From Massalongia carnosa (taxonomy: Eukaryota): DNA of 64,000 bases. Of this stretch, positions 26,423-38,737 are shown piece after piece. Position 1 is the first letter of the stretch. Each line of letters opens with the position of its first letter. Location: assembly GCA_965645245.1 (NCBI GenBank), contig OZ287067.1, positions 496,001 to 560,000 of the forward strand, read 5' to 3'. The position numbers and the translations under genes are program-made. The notes below the pieces were generated by a model. The model did no database searches. It was not told the origin of the DNA and worked only from the letters and a program-made list of their open reading frames with translations.

Positions 26423-26759
26423 TACCGGTCTAGAATGATTCTCCTTCATCCCCAGCCGAACTAGCGATATCTCCGCTTGAGCCTTTGATGGTCTGGCATT
26501 CAGCTCGCGATGAGAAAAGTCATCTCGAGAGGCTGTCGTGCCTGTCTCCGCGTTGCTCAAGTCAAACCCCGACTCGAAGCTGGAGCGCTCATTGTACGGA
26601 AGCGGGTTTGCCAAAGCGACAGGAGCGGATGCGACAAGAAGAATCCCGTTAAAGATGTGCATCCCTGAAGTACAATGCAAGCAAAGTAGTTTTTTAGGCA
26701 GGGGCAGCCAGCTTTAGATGCCCCACAGGAAAAGATGGGAGATTCGAGATATTGGAGCC

Positions 26760-28710
26760 CGAGATGCTTAGGGACAGTCCCCCCGACCGTCCCCCCCTCC
26801 TGTGTAGATCTTTACTAGTAAACAGCCACTTTACTACTCATCCAGGGTGCGTACAAGCTAGCAGTTACACTACGTACAGACTAAGTGTATTCAACATCTA
26901 CAAATCTACCTATTGCGATGACTTCAACTCCAAAAACTTGTCAGCCAATTGCGATACATCATCTTTTCTAGGCTTCATGGTTTTAGCCACCTTTCTCATC
27001 GCCGTTTCCTTTCTCGCTTGAGCCCTAGCCTGTTTGACTGATTTCTCGACTCTTTGCTGAGATTCCAACTCCAACTGAGCCTTTGATTTCTTCACCACAC
27101 CCCGAGACCTTCGCGTTGTTGCAGAGAAAGTAAGGAGAATTTGACTGGCGCGCACGTTTTGACTAAGACTATAAAGAGATGAAGACGGCGCTGCCTGAGG
27201 TAGGGCTTTTTGACTATGCTTGGCAAGCACATCGTCAATATCTTCGAGCGAATCCGACGAGGCTTCTGATGTAAGAATAACATCATTATCGTCATCCGAA
27301 GGAAGCATAGGACCCATAGAACGACCGAGAATGGGCTGAGTGCTTATATACTACACCTCGTCATCGTCGTCGGAGACTATAGACGCGTTTTCGATTCTCT
27401 CAATAACTAAGTTTTCTCCTGAACCTATTGTACCCAATATTAGCCGACCCGGGCGCAATAACTTTGCAACATCGTGAGTTTTATCTTCTGTTTCACCTTC
27501 AACCTCATCGTCGCCCCCAGCACGCAATCTATTATATCTAAGCCTCCTCCCTTCGCCTAGTACGTCGCTGTTCAGTTTCTCTAGCCTCAGCTGCCTCGCG
27601 ATCAGTGTAGGCACGTCGACGACTCCCTCCTTTCTTACACATGAAGTTTTCTTTGGGCCGTATTTCGTCGGGGAATGTGGTGGGGATGAGAGGTCTTATC
27701 AGCTCCTTCTTTTGCCATTTCTTATTGAACTTTTCAACGATGTGAGCATGCTCGCGAGCGTACTCCTTCCTTCGATGAGAATCTTCTATTGATTGATGCA
27801 GGTCATTAGATTGATATGCCACAGAATGTAGCAAATCAAGACCCTCGCGGCGAAATCTATCCTCACTCAACACGCCTCCTTCGAGCTCGACCTCATCCTT
27901 ATTCGCCTCAATCTCTCTCTTCCCTTCGACCTCATCGACGATCTTTTCGACCTCGGGCTCCGAGCCGCGAGCGAGATCGAAGGTCATTTTTCAAGAGACC
28001 GCATAAGGTGGGCCATCAAAAAACAAGCGGGCGTGAATGAGGGAAACGGGAATAGGGATCGAGTCGCTGATGCATTTATACAATCAGCATTTGTATGGGA
28101 GACCGTACCTTAAAGGCAATTCACAATCATAAACACAGCTTTCATCATCAGGGACAATTGAAAGGATTCGTTCAGCTAATGATTTGGCGGCATCGAGTTC
28201 TCTTGAAACGAAGCCAATGGCATGATGCGTAATTTTCTCAATGAGTAGCGTAAAAGTATTTCTATCTATCAATCTAGGATTGCGTATTCGCTGTCGATTG
28301 CACAAAATCTCCTGATCTAATTGTTTTTTCCGCACCTCATCACATATTTTCTGCACCGATTGTCTTACAGGAGTGTTTCTATTGATCACATTTTTAATCA
28401 ATGAACGCAGACCTTCTGAACGCTGTGTGCTGTGTGCGCCTAAATTAGGGAGTTTAATAGTACTCCGTATATGCATGCACGAATTGAATTTCTTGATGTT
28501 GATAGAAATTCATGAGATAATCCTGCGAAAGAGATAGCGTTAGCCGAGTAGGAAGTAGCAATAACACGTCTTAAACCGAAAAGAGTTTAATGTGCTGTTG
28601 AAAGTTGCATTACTAGCTTGTACGCACCCTAAGCAGTGAAATGGCTGTTTACTAGCAAAGATTTACACAGGGGGGGGACGGTCGGGGGGGGACTGTCCCT
28701 AAGCATCTCG
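26760..28710 (-). mobile_element. Mutator-like (MULE) DNA transposon, internally deleted and non-autonomous
   Basis: TIRs of about 100 bp beginning CGAGATGCTTAGGGACAGTCCCCCC. 9-bp TSD ATTGGAGCC at 26751-59 and 28711-19. Minus-strand transposase C-terminal remnant: PNLGAHSTQRSEG and SWIM-like C..C.LPLRYGLP.KC. Confidence 0.92.
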
Positions 28711-29417
28711 ATTGGAGCCGAGATGAAGCACCTTAGTTTGCAATGCAAGGGGAAGAAGATAGCAGAAATTACCTATTTCAGCATGCCATCAAACTTATTC
28801 GAGAAATTCTCCGAATATCCAACCATCCATCCATGCATCCATTCATCCCGTCCATCGACATGACTAATTTTGAAGCTTGACCAGGTAGTAGGTACCTACT
28901 CAGTTCTGTGCCCTAGCTGAAAGCGGGAGTCACTCCGTACAAAGTCCTGTAGCGTGGTTCTTTTTCCCATAGCTAACTACCAGACCCACCCGAAACAACC
29001 CAATACTAATCACGGGCCATCTGTAAATTTTTCGCCAAGAGAGAGAGTTCTCGAAGAATTTGTCAAGTTCATGTTAGGTGATCCTTTACATGAATACTTT
29101 GATGGATAAGTGGACGATTGAGTCCACGATTGAGTCGTTGGAACAATGTAGATGGATGGATATATATACAGATGGAAAAGATGGAGATAGAGAGATAGAG
29201 AGATGGCTAGGAGGGAGATTAGGTAGGTGATTAGGAGAGTAGGGCAGGGCATGTAGGGTAGGTAGGTAAGTATGTTAGGGGTAAGTATATAGGTAGGTAA
29301 GACCGAGTAGGTAGTTAGATATGTAGGTATATAGACAGGGGTTTTTTTTAGTTATTAAACCACATAGTTACGTACTTACATTATTTCCGGACCCTTATAT
29401 CTATATGACCAACTAGC

Positions 29418-29860
29418 ACCCTCCATAGCGCAATCAGTCCCACTGAGCAAAAAACGACTGAAAATACACACGCTGCTAAAAAAGGCAGAAAGCGCCCTGA
29501 CAACACAGATCCGCACCGGTAAGATCGGTCTAGCTGACCGAAACATCAAAAACTCTAAAGATATTAACTACTTGGCTAATGAAAATAGGTCTACTGACCC
29601 AATTCTCACTGGCATCTACACTATTGTACAATTAACAGTAGTTTCACTTCTCATTTCCTTATCTCACAAGCCGTCACAGTTCTCACATAATTTTCGCTCT
29701 GCGTCTCCTGTCCGACGTCGACCCGGTGTCACATCGGACAGGTATCAAGGGATATGGTTTTTACACCTGAAAAAGGGTTTCCATGTAACATAACTTAGAT
29801 AGCTTTGTCCGCATGGGCCGGCCTACGGCCGGTGACATATCGGAGTATGAATACATCATC
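29418..29860 (+). mobile_element. 5'-truncated Tad1-type LINE fragment
   Basis: Direct repeat ATGACCAACTAGC at 29405-17 and 29861-73. ORF2 C-terminal remnant RLKIHTLLKKAESALTTQIRTGKIGLA..LKILTTWLMKIGLLTQFSLA (stop 29633-35). The 3' UTR has hairpins and ends ATGAATACATCATC. Confidence 0.8.
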
Positions 29861-30796
29861 ATGACCAACTAGCTAAATTTCCTCAACTCTTCTTCTTCTT
29901 CTTTCTGCTGCTGCTCTATCTTCCTCCATCCCTCCCTCTCTCTTCTTCATTCATCATCACCGAATCATTTGCGTATCTCCCTTTCCCCCTCCCCCCTAAA
30001 CTTACTTTCCTCCTATCCGTCTCGTACAGAGTTTGGGGTTTTTGGTGGGGGGAGGTGGGGGAGGTAGGTAGGTGAAAATGCGTGAAGGGCGGAAGGGGGG
30101 GGGCCATGTACTCGATATGTATCTTATGTTTTTGTATTTTTATGAAACTTTCCAACTTCATGAGAAGATACATTTTTGTCAAAGAAGAAAAAGATTCTAG
30201 GTGTAAATGACGATATGGGAACTAGAGACAATCGCGGCAACATAGAAGATGGCTATTCCTTAAAATTGCCTTTCCTGCGCCATAAGCCTTCCCCCTAAGC
30301 TATTTCTTAACCTTCCCTCTTTAGAACAAGGCGCAAGAAAGCGCTCTTGGTAGGGAAAATGCTAACATGTACAGAAAGCTTCACGGGATATCAGTATTGA
30401 ATGGTTATTAAGTTAGTGACTTACTGGCTCAGCTCCCTTAGATATCTTCGACGAACAGGTGCGGAAATCTCCGAGTACTTAAATATGCACGAAGATCCAT
30501 CGGTCTCCCCGCCTTGTAGTTTTCCTCCATAATAGGAGAATGACAGCGGCGGTTTCGGTTGATATTAAAACATTATGCATTAGGTGCAATTCAGGGTGGA
30601 TAGTTGGAGGCATGGAAACTGGAGCTGGCAGATTGGGCAGAGTGGAACTTAAATACATCCCATAACCTGCGTCATTCCAGAGTGTATAATCCAGCTAGAA
30701 AACGGTAACCACATTTAATGCAACGTTCCAGAGATGAAAGCGAACAGAAGGAAAACCGGGGGTTATATTTTTTAATGTGTCGCGCTAACGTCGCGC

Positions 30797-32840
30797 TTAC
30801 ACGCTGAATGTCTTTAAGGGATCTGATTTCCGCCCGGAAGGTTTCCTTCCTTTGCCCTTCATACGATTATGCGTTCGTGCCTTTCTAATTCTGTTATCGC
30901 TTGCCTTCCACATCGGAACAAAGCCTATGTCTCCTCCCGCTATTCCTTTTGTTCCGTTACTTGGCATCAAGTACAATGGTACATGCTTTAAATGTGCCTG
31001 TACCCTTACAGCCCTGAGCTCGCCGTCGTGCCTTAAATGATGGAGATCTTCGGGATTCTCCTCAAAATGCCTCTTCAACTTTTCGCTTTTCAGCAGCTCC
31101 TGCCTCAGCTCCCTTGTTCTTGCTTCCCGGATGGCGATACGTGTGATCGCCCTCAGCGCATCCATCATACGGTAACGAAAAGCATCCACCTGCTTCATGT
31201 CGAAATGATAGGGTTTAACCTCTTTGCCCTTATCTGTCTGACATTTGATAATCTTCTCTAAGACCTCTTCATCATGTTCTGCCGTTCGAAAAGTTGTTGC
31301 CTTATGCTTATGATAGAGCTCAGGGGGAACTACGAACGAGAGCGCCATCCCAGCCTTTCCGGCTCTAGCCGTTCTTCCAATACGATGCGTGTACGACCTC
31401 GATGATATTGGAAGGTCAAAATTCAGCACGCAAGCCACATTCTTGAAATCAATACCACGAGAAATGCCATATTCTTTGTCTTTCTTCAGGGGTTTTTGCT
31501 TCTTCTGCTGTGGCTCAGTATAATTTTCATCAATCTTTTGCCTTGTAGGCCCGTTGGCGTCTCCTTCGCGCGCTGCTTGAGCCTGCGGAACTGTGTCGAA
31601 AGGTAAGTTCAAAAAATCAACGCGAGACGCATTCTTGTAGCTGGATCTGTTATTGTCTAGTCCTTTCCCTGTTCCTTTCCCTAAAACCTCATGCTCATCT
31701 GTAGCAATTATGATATCGTATACGTTCTTGTTGAACTCTTCCACCACATGAATACGGGAATTGACTGGCAATTCGGAATTCAAAACGCAGCTCCGAATTC
31801 CGAATTGCTCAAGGAAGAGCTTTAGTCGATAACATCGGTCAATATCACCAACAAACAAGATGCATTTGCCTTTAAGGAGCTTCAGCTTGAAAATGACATA
31901 GACCAGTAGAAATTTGTCGTCCTCAGCACATCTAAAGTATACTGGCGTTAATTGGAGCTCCCCGCAGTGCTGAGTTTTCGGACGTACTTTACAACGAATT
32001 GACTTATACCCTCGGCTTCGTCTGCAGCGTCATCCAACTCTAAAACAACCGGGCTCCGACTAAATAGGCTTTTTAAGGTCTCAAGCTCGGTAGCCAAAGT
32101 CGCGCTCATCAGGAACAGCTGTGCTTCTTCAGGTATTGTCCGTGCTAAAATTTGTAGATCTTCTTCATAACCGTATGATAGAACAAGATCAGCCTCGTCA
32201 ATCACAATGTGAGACAGCGCGTCTAATGACATTGCGGAGCTATTCAGGTTGAGAGAGATGCGGGATGGTGTAGCAACGATAATGTCTGGTAATTCCGCTA
32301 ATAGCGAGCGCTGTACAGCGTCACTGATATTCTGTGCGAGGTTGACGAGCCGAATCTGGCTTGTGCAGTATGCGGAGAATATAGCTACGGCTTTTGATAC
32401 TTGTTGTGCGAGTTCTCGGGTGGGAACTAAAATAAGAGCTGAAATGCCTTTGGTGGCTTGATTACTCTGTTATCCTTATTAGTATCTGATGGATGATACT
32501 TAGAAGGGTGGTTTACAGCCTTTCGACGTAGAATGGCCTCAAGGATCGGTAACAGATATGCGGCAGTTTTCCCAGATCCAGTCATCGAACGCGCTGCAAA
32601 TGTTAGAGAACGATAACAGTGGAGCGATGAAGCTATCAAGATACCTAAAATGTCTTTACCCTCTATAGCTAAAGGTATGACCTTTGACTGTACCAAGGTC
32701 GGTGTAGAAAAACCCTCCTTTACAATAGCTTGGAGAAGCCGCGAGTCTAAGCCGAGAGAGCTGAAGGCTGAAGGATTTTGGCGTCCTTGATCAGCGAGTA
32801 CAAGAGTAGGTACATCATCTTGGTTAAGTTTGCGCTTCAT
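30797..32840 (-). CDS. DBP9: ATP-dependent DEAD-box RNA helicase DBP9 (3 introns)
   Basis: MKRKL start; [68 protein letters not shown] and a DPLKTF C-terminus. Confidence 0.96.
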
Positions 32841-33670
32841 ATTGAGTGCGGACAGGGTACTTTGTAGAAAGCCAAAAGATCTAAACTATTTTGGCTGAAG
32901 ATGGGAAAAGTTCGCAGTTTTGGACCGTTCGCTTGCTCGCTCACTTCCCTTGTGGGGTTTGGAGCTCCCAGGGCTGAAGATCCTACGTCTTAATTTTCAC
33001 TTTTCTCTCTTTTCCTCTTCACAACACCACCTCTGTAAACTCTTAGATATCTACCCTCTATTCCTTTGGCACGTTCAATTTTCTAATCTACCTATATACC
33101 ATTTATTGTAGCAGATGGATGTAGTCCTGCAGAATCCATTCTGTTGATGTTTCAGGGTTACGTTATCTACTTGTTTAAAGATTCTCTGGCCTTCGGGGTT
33201 TGAAGCTGAAGGACGGTGGTTTCGTACGGCTGAAATACATATCACAGCTGATGAATGATGAATGATATATAGGTATTTATTTTCTACCCTATGCAAAGTT
33301 GGAAAAAGGCCGTTACTATCTCTCTCAACATCGTCATGAATAACGATGCTAAACATATTAAGCCAAGAAAAAAAGCGAGAGGATCAAATGAGCAGTTCTT
33401 AGAAAGGAAAAAAACGCTATCTCATCCAACTAGACTCTTGACCCAAAGCTTTGCTGTTTCGTGTATATATCAAACGAAAAGACTGTTGGAACGCGTTATA
33501 TTCATAAGGCTGCAAAACATTGGCCCCAGGAATTGGGCCAATGCACTCGGGCTAGTTGTCCATGGATTGTCACATCAAGCAGCTCTCTGGCGGTGCCTGA
33601 TGCATTGCTACTGGTAGCTGGAAACTCGTCCGAGTAACGTATTTCGAACTCATAGGCGTAGCTTGTGAGA

Positions 33671-35418
33671 TTACTTGTCTCTAACGGCTTTCCGGTACGC
33701 AAGAAGTTTTGGCAGAGACTTCTCTACCACATCACCGATATCTTTTACCTTCATATTATGATCGATTGGGTAGACCCTCCCCAGGTTGATTCTCGACTTG
33801 ATGTCCAGCTTGTCGTCTGGGCTGCGGAGATTTATTTGAAGGGGATCCTTGTTCATATTTGTCTCCCCTGCAAGCCTTTCTGGTGGAACCTTCCCACTAT
33901 ATACGATTGTGTGGTTACTCTGATCAACCCCTGGCTTTGTCGTTGCCCTGCCTCCATAGGTGGTAATCGGGCTTGGCAAGTTGTTAGACAAATACTGAGC
34001 AGCAATACAAACCGAAGACTCACCAACAGTAACAAAAGTTATTATCTGACATCTCTTCCACTACAACAAAACGTCTGAACTGATGGTGTGCCACTTCCCC
34101 ATAGGCTACGGTGGTGAAATTTGTACCATTCAATGGGCCAAGACCTGCTGTTTCCCCAGCATTCTCAATGTACAACATCATGAAAACCTTTGCTTCAGGT
34201 CAGTCTAGGAAAGTCTTGCAGTGAAGCACTTTACCTTTCCTCGAATGAAGAACCTGTTTCGCTTCCTCGTGATCTGCTTGAACTCTCCTGTTTTGGGTAA
34301 GGTTTCGGGTAAGTCTTCATCTCTCAATCGAGCTTGATTTTACTTACTTGGATCTAGGAAATCACTAATTGTCGGCGCTGACACTGAGTTTGGAATGGAC
34401 CATTGTCCTGGATAAGATGCAGTTGCCGTAAGTGCTTCCTGCGAGGGTCCGCCTGTTCTGCTTTCGCGGGAAAAACTCGATCCGTTAGCATGCTGTGCTT
34501 GCAATTGTGTTCGATGATCCGTCGCTGTTATCAATCAGATAGGTCCATGTCGCAGGTTAGCGAAGATTGTTACTTGCCTGGAGCACGCCCTGCATTATGA
34601 TACAGTATCGGGTTTCTCCCGTGACTATTTCCAAATACTTCATTCGCCGGTAGCAAATACCCATGCGACACCTGGCCAACAGGATATCTATTGGGCTGAG
34701 TATTGCTGTACGTGTAAGAGCGGGGTGATGTGCGGTTTGCTGTATGCAACGTAATTTATTAGTGGGCGCTGGAAAAGCCGCTTCTACTTACTTCGACTGG
34801 GCTCAATCATTATCGACGATGTTCCTACAGGGTGATACGTTGATCCTCGTTGCGCTTGTCCTTGATATGTTAGCCCCACGAACGAATAGAAAGACTCTAG
34901 CACTTACCTTGCAATCCCAATCTTGAATCTGCCATAGCAGCTTGAGAGTGTGAATGATTTGGTTGCCCACTTCGTTGCAGGTTTCTAGGAAAGGTCGGGT
35001 CCCCGCTTACGCTAAGCTGGTTGAAAATCTGGGTGATTTCAGCCCCCCCTGCGGATTTGGATGGCATGTGAGCATGTGCTCCAAAAACGGTGGTTTGAGT
35101 TCCATATGGATCCACTGGCTGAGGAGGTGGGTCATTGAGCGGTGGAATGAATGGTGTTCGGGGCGTACTGACAAACATTAGACAATGAAGAGGAGCATAT
35201 TAAGAGAGGTGGAGGGAAAGCACTCTGATCCCTTTGCCCATTGATACTCCCATTTCCCTTGAAGCGGTCAGCCTTTACTCTGAAGCATTTTTATTGCATG
35301 AGACGTATTAGGGCAGGATTCAATTACTCGTGGCCGGACGATATTCGGCATGATAAAAGTCTTTACGGTCCACACTCCATATCCAGTACGGAGTCGGTGT
35401 TGGTGTTTTGCTGGCCAT
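33671..35418 (-). CDS. DUF6590-type protein, copy 1 (N-terminal WW-like segment, low-complexity linker, C-terminal DUF6590-type domain); 8 inferred introns
   Basis: Manual splicing gives an open frame: MASKTPTPTPYWIWSVDRKDFYHAEYRPATRKWEYQW...LDPREFK..FFIRGKVFMMLYIENAG..FRRFVVV..FCYCCPITTYGGRATTKPGV..SRINLGRVYPIDHNMKVKDIG. The last introns are 34525-34577 (GC-AG), 34288-34347, 34188-34234 and 33972-34023. Confidence 0.85.
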
Positions 35419-38400
35419 TGAGACAGCAGGACGTGATGGACATCACCCTGGTTGGTGCTGGAAATATTGCTGGTAATGGAAAGATATCATGACATTCGAT
35501 TCTAGCTATATACATGATGATGGCGCTTGCGGCTCAACTCTAGCTCTACCCACCCGCTCAGATGCAAGAGTGACTTTTGCGACGAAAGTTTACAGCGGAT
35601 CGGTATTGATGCACACGCACCAGCGCTAGAGCTGACTTTGAGCTTTCTCGTGATTGGTCGATTGTGTGATTGAACAACAAACCCAACATGACAATAATTG
35701 CTCAACAAGGTAATCAACAACAGAAAGTGGAGGTGATAGAAGGGAGTGGATGTGATGATTGGCACTTACCTATCTTGGGTAGGCTCCGGAGATATCCCAG
35801 AAGGTTGGTATGGCAAGGCGTGAAAGGGTTGCACAATCTTGAATTGCGCTTTTTTGGAGTCGTTGCATAAGGTCACGGCCTAATCCAACACACCATCAGA
35901 TGATCCGACCGACTTCCCGGCCCTTGCGCTGCTTTAATCATCCTGCAACATGCTCGGGACGAATACAAGATCCGCTCTACGCAACAGCAGGCCTCCCACA
36001 CCTTGAGTTTATGCACGCCAATGATAGGCTCATTTCCGTAATCGCCTTGACGAAGACTCATCTGCAAATGGAGTATTTTCGGAACGTGGCGGAACAAATT
36101 ACAGCAAAAATATATCCATATCAGGACACTACGTCCACTGATAGCTTATGTCTACCCATCGGTTGCTTTCTTTCGGCGATACTCGAACACAGGCAGTGTT
36201 GTACAAGCAAAACTTCAAGCACTAAGTAAAGGCTATAATGACGTGAGCATCTCAGTAGCGAAGGAAGTTCAGGGCCACTGACTTCGGAGAAAGCTGTGCG
36301 AACATAAAGGCTTATATTGTAAACACATCTTTAGCCATATTTTCCATAACATACCAGAGCCTAGGAAGTCCATGGCCCAGTACAAAGGCACCTGCGAATC
36401 ACCTATTACGGCCTCAAAGTTCCACCCATTACTCCTAGAGCGCAAGCCAGCAACACTCGCAGAGGAACAGCTATGCATCGTAAGAATCGGGTCGCTACGA
36501 TAAGAGAGAATATAGAAGACTTACGTGTCAGAGTGATAAGAAGCTGATAGGGCTTTGTGAGCTCAGGGCCGGAGCAAGGCAGCGTCATGCCACTATTCGT
36601 CAATGTATGTGCGGTTCTGGCGAGGTTTACAGAAGCACTAGGAAGCCAACGGCAGTGCTGACAAAGGAAGCTTGAAGGTTCCCTATGGTGATATTCACAC
36701 AGCTATTGACAAATTGAGATTAAGCCACCCAAATCAATCTCATGCCGAAACAATTTCAATTTTATCGCAGCCTTGTTAATTGATATATAGAGTGAGAATA
36801 ATTGTCAGATCTCGAGGCCGAACCCCCCCCCTGTTTTGTTATCAAGCAGGGCTGCAAAACCTCGAGTCTTGATCTATATCAACTCAAACGTGGAGTTTCT
36901 AGCATCGTTCAATAAAAAGTACAAGGCTCAAGTTGACGAGCTTTACGAAATTGGAGACGGTCTACAGAGGCCAGAGAACTTTAGCTTTTATCCGCATTAG
37001 CACATACACGTCAACTGAAAGAATGGAACTTACTTTCCTTCTTCTAAACCCAGCCGAAAAACATGATCATTTAGCAACTCAGAATTATACAAGCCCTTCT
37101 ATTCGAGGGATTAACAGTAACTTGGTGATATGCCCCACATATAGATCAAGTATTCGTCCAAACACAGTCAGTGGATACTTGAAAACTCAAGCACATCTGC
37201 TCGAGGGCGAGCCCTCCGTCAAGCCATCCCCAAAAATAGCATCCTTGACGAAACCGCTCGGTGGTTCTTCGTCCGAGAATATCGGTGGGGGATCCAAGCC
37301 GAACATCAACGCATACATGGCATCGAAGTGATTTCAGCGTCTCGAGCCGTTTCTCTGCGCAACCGAAGGCACCCTTGGTAGAATCATAAATAAACTCTTC
37401 TAATATGTTGAGGATGACGAGTTGAAAATGCTCGCCTTCAGTAATCCGCTAAACATAGATGATGTAGGACTCGACCTGGCTATTGGCCACCGTTCTTCAT
37501 AGACTTCCGCAAACGATCCATTTTTCGACAGGCCTCGCCACAATATCGATTGACCACAAATATCCTAGGGAGGTCGAGCTGCATAACACTGCCTCATGAT
37601 TACCGAACGACGATGTATAAATCGCTTCGTAGTCTAGCCAAGCTTAGTCTTCTGTTGTGAGTTATGATAGGATTCTTCAGATGCCAAACTTCTCGCGAAT
37701 CGCTTTATTTCCCCTTTCGTCGGTCTGCAGTCGCAACGTCGCTCAGCTAAAGCAGCATCATCTTGGAACTGCTAGACTCATTCCGGCGCCTCGTACATGA
37801 TGGGAAACCAGGCCTCATGCAGCCAACCTGCGGCGTATATATCACCCGTCCCATAAGGACAGACCCATTACCCTGCAATTCTCACAACAGAGTCATGCTA
37901 CTTGTACTTTGTTGATCCACGTTTCTAGCCTGGTAATGCATCTGTATCTCTGTAGAAGATCGAGGATCGATTCTGAGAAAGAATGCTGCAACGCTACTGC
38001 ATGTGCTTTAGCCCTAAGTTTAACGTGTATGTAATCAGGACGGAAGGAGGCTTTCTGTTTTAAACCCGATCTTTTAAACTGGGTTGTCACGTTATCTACC
38101 GAGTACCGACGTTCAGGACAATGTCTTCATATCATATCCGTATGTAGGCTAGTTAAGGATAGGACGCACAGATCCTTACCGCCACCAACCTAAAACTCAT
38201 CGCAAAATTCAATACATCATCAACCCTTGAAGGGAGCGTTGATGCGTATCCAAACAGATCTTCCTTTGAAGAGTACTAGAATGTTGAGCTATTCGTTGTC
38301 AGTACTTTGAAACTCCTGAATCAGGTAAATTCTCTCTAGTCACTCTACCAACCAAACTTTCCTCATTTAAACGTGGACATATATTGTTGTTGTTTTTTTC

Positions 38401-38494
38401 CAAAAGAAACCAAACTAGAGCATGGGTATATGCTTCATTAATTCACTGTAAGAAATTGACAGCGGCCAGATTCAGAACCACCCTGAGCCCCAAT

Positions 38495-38588
38495 AATTGC
38501 TCCAGATGAACCAAAAGTTATTAAGGCCATTACAACACAAGAATTGCTCCAGATGAACCAAAAGTTATGAAGGCTATTACAACACAAG
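38495..38588. repeat. Two-copy 47-bp tandem duplication
   Basis: aattgctccagatgaaccaaaagttat(t/g)aaggc(c/t)attacaacacaag occurs twice with 2 mismatches. Confidence 0.9.
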
Positions 38589-38737
38589 AATGTATGACTG
38601 AGCAAGATATACTTTCGGAACAACCTAGACCAAGCCCGTACTCGGTTTGTGCGAATTGTGCGAATAACTCCATGACAAGTGTTGGCATGGCGATGCGACA
38701 TGTGATTCTCGTGGACGGTTTGCTGCACGGATGTTAT

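Larger units (their letters stand above)
24730..26662 (-). pseudogene. Small secreted Cys-rich protein gene split by the Tc1 insertion (paralog of 44818-45382)
   Basis: ATG 26662 begins MHIFNGILLVASAPVALANPLPYNERSSFES. The sequence resumes below 25084, with a GTGAGT..TTGTGCAG intron and an exon containing QFCCQNP; extra stops and frameshifts are present. Confidence 0.7.

Noticed and set aside
36933..37331. DUF3505-like zinc-finger fragment (LVICPTYRSSIRPNTVSGYLK)
   Set aside because: The similarity is too short and the expected Cys/His residues are missing, so it cannot be supported.
38240..38280. AYPNRSSFEEY resembling the secreted family's PY..RSSFES
   Set aside because: No signal peptide or FCCQ exon nearby; probably coincidental.
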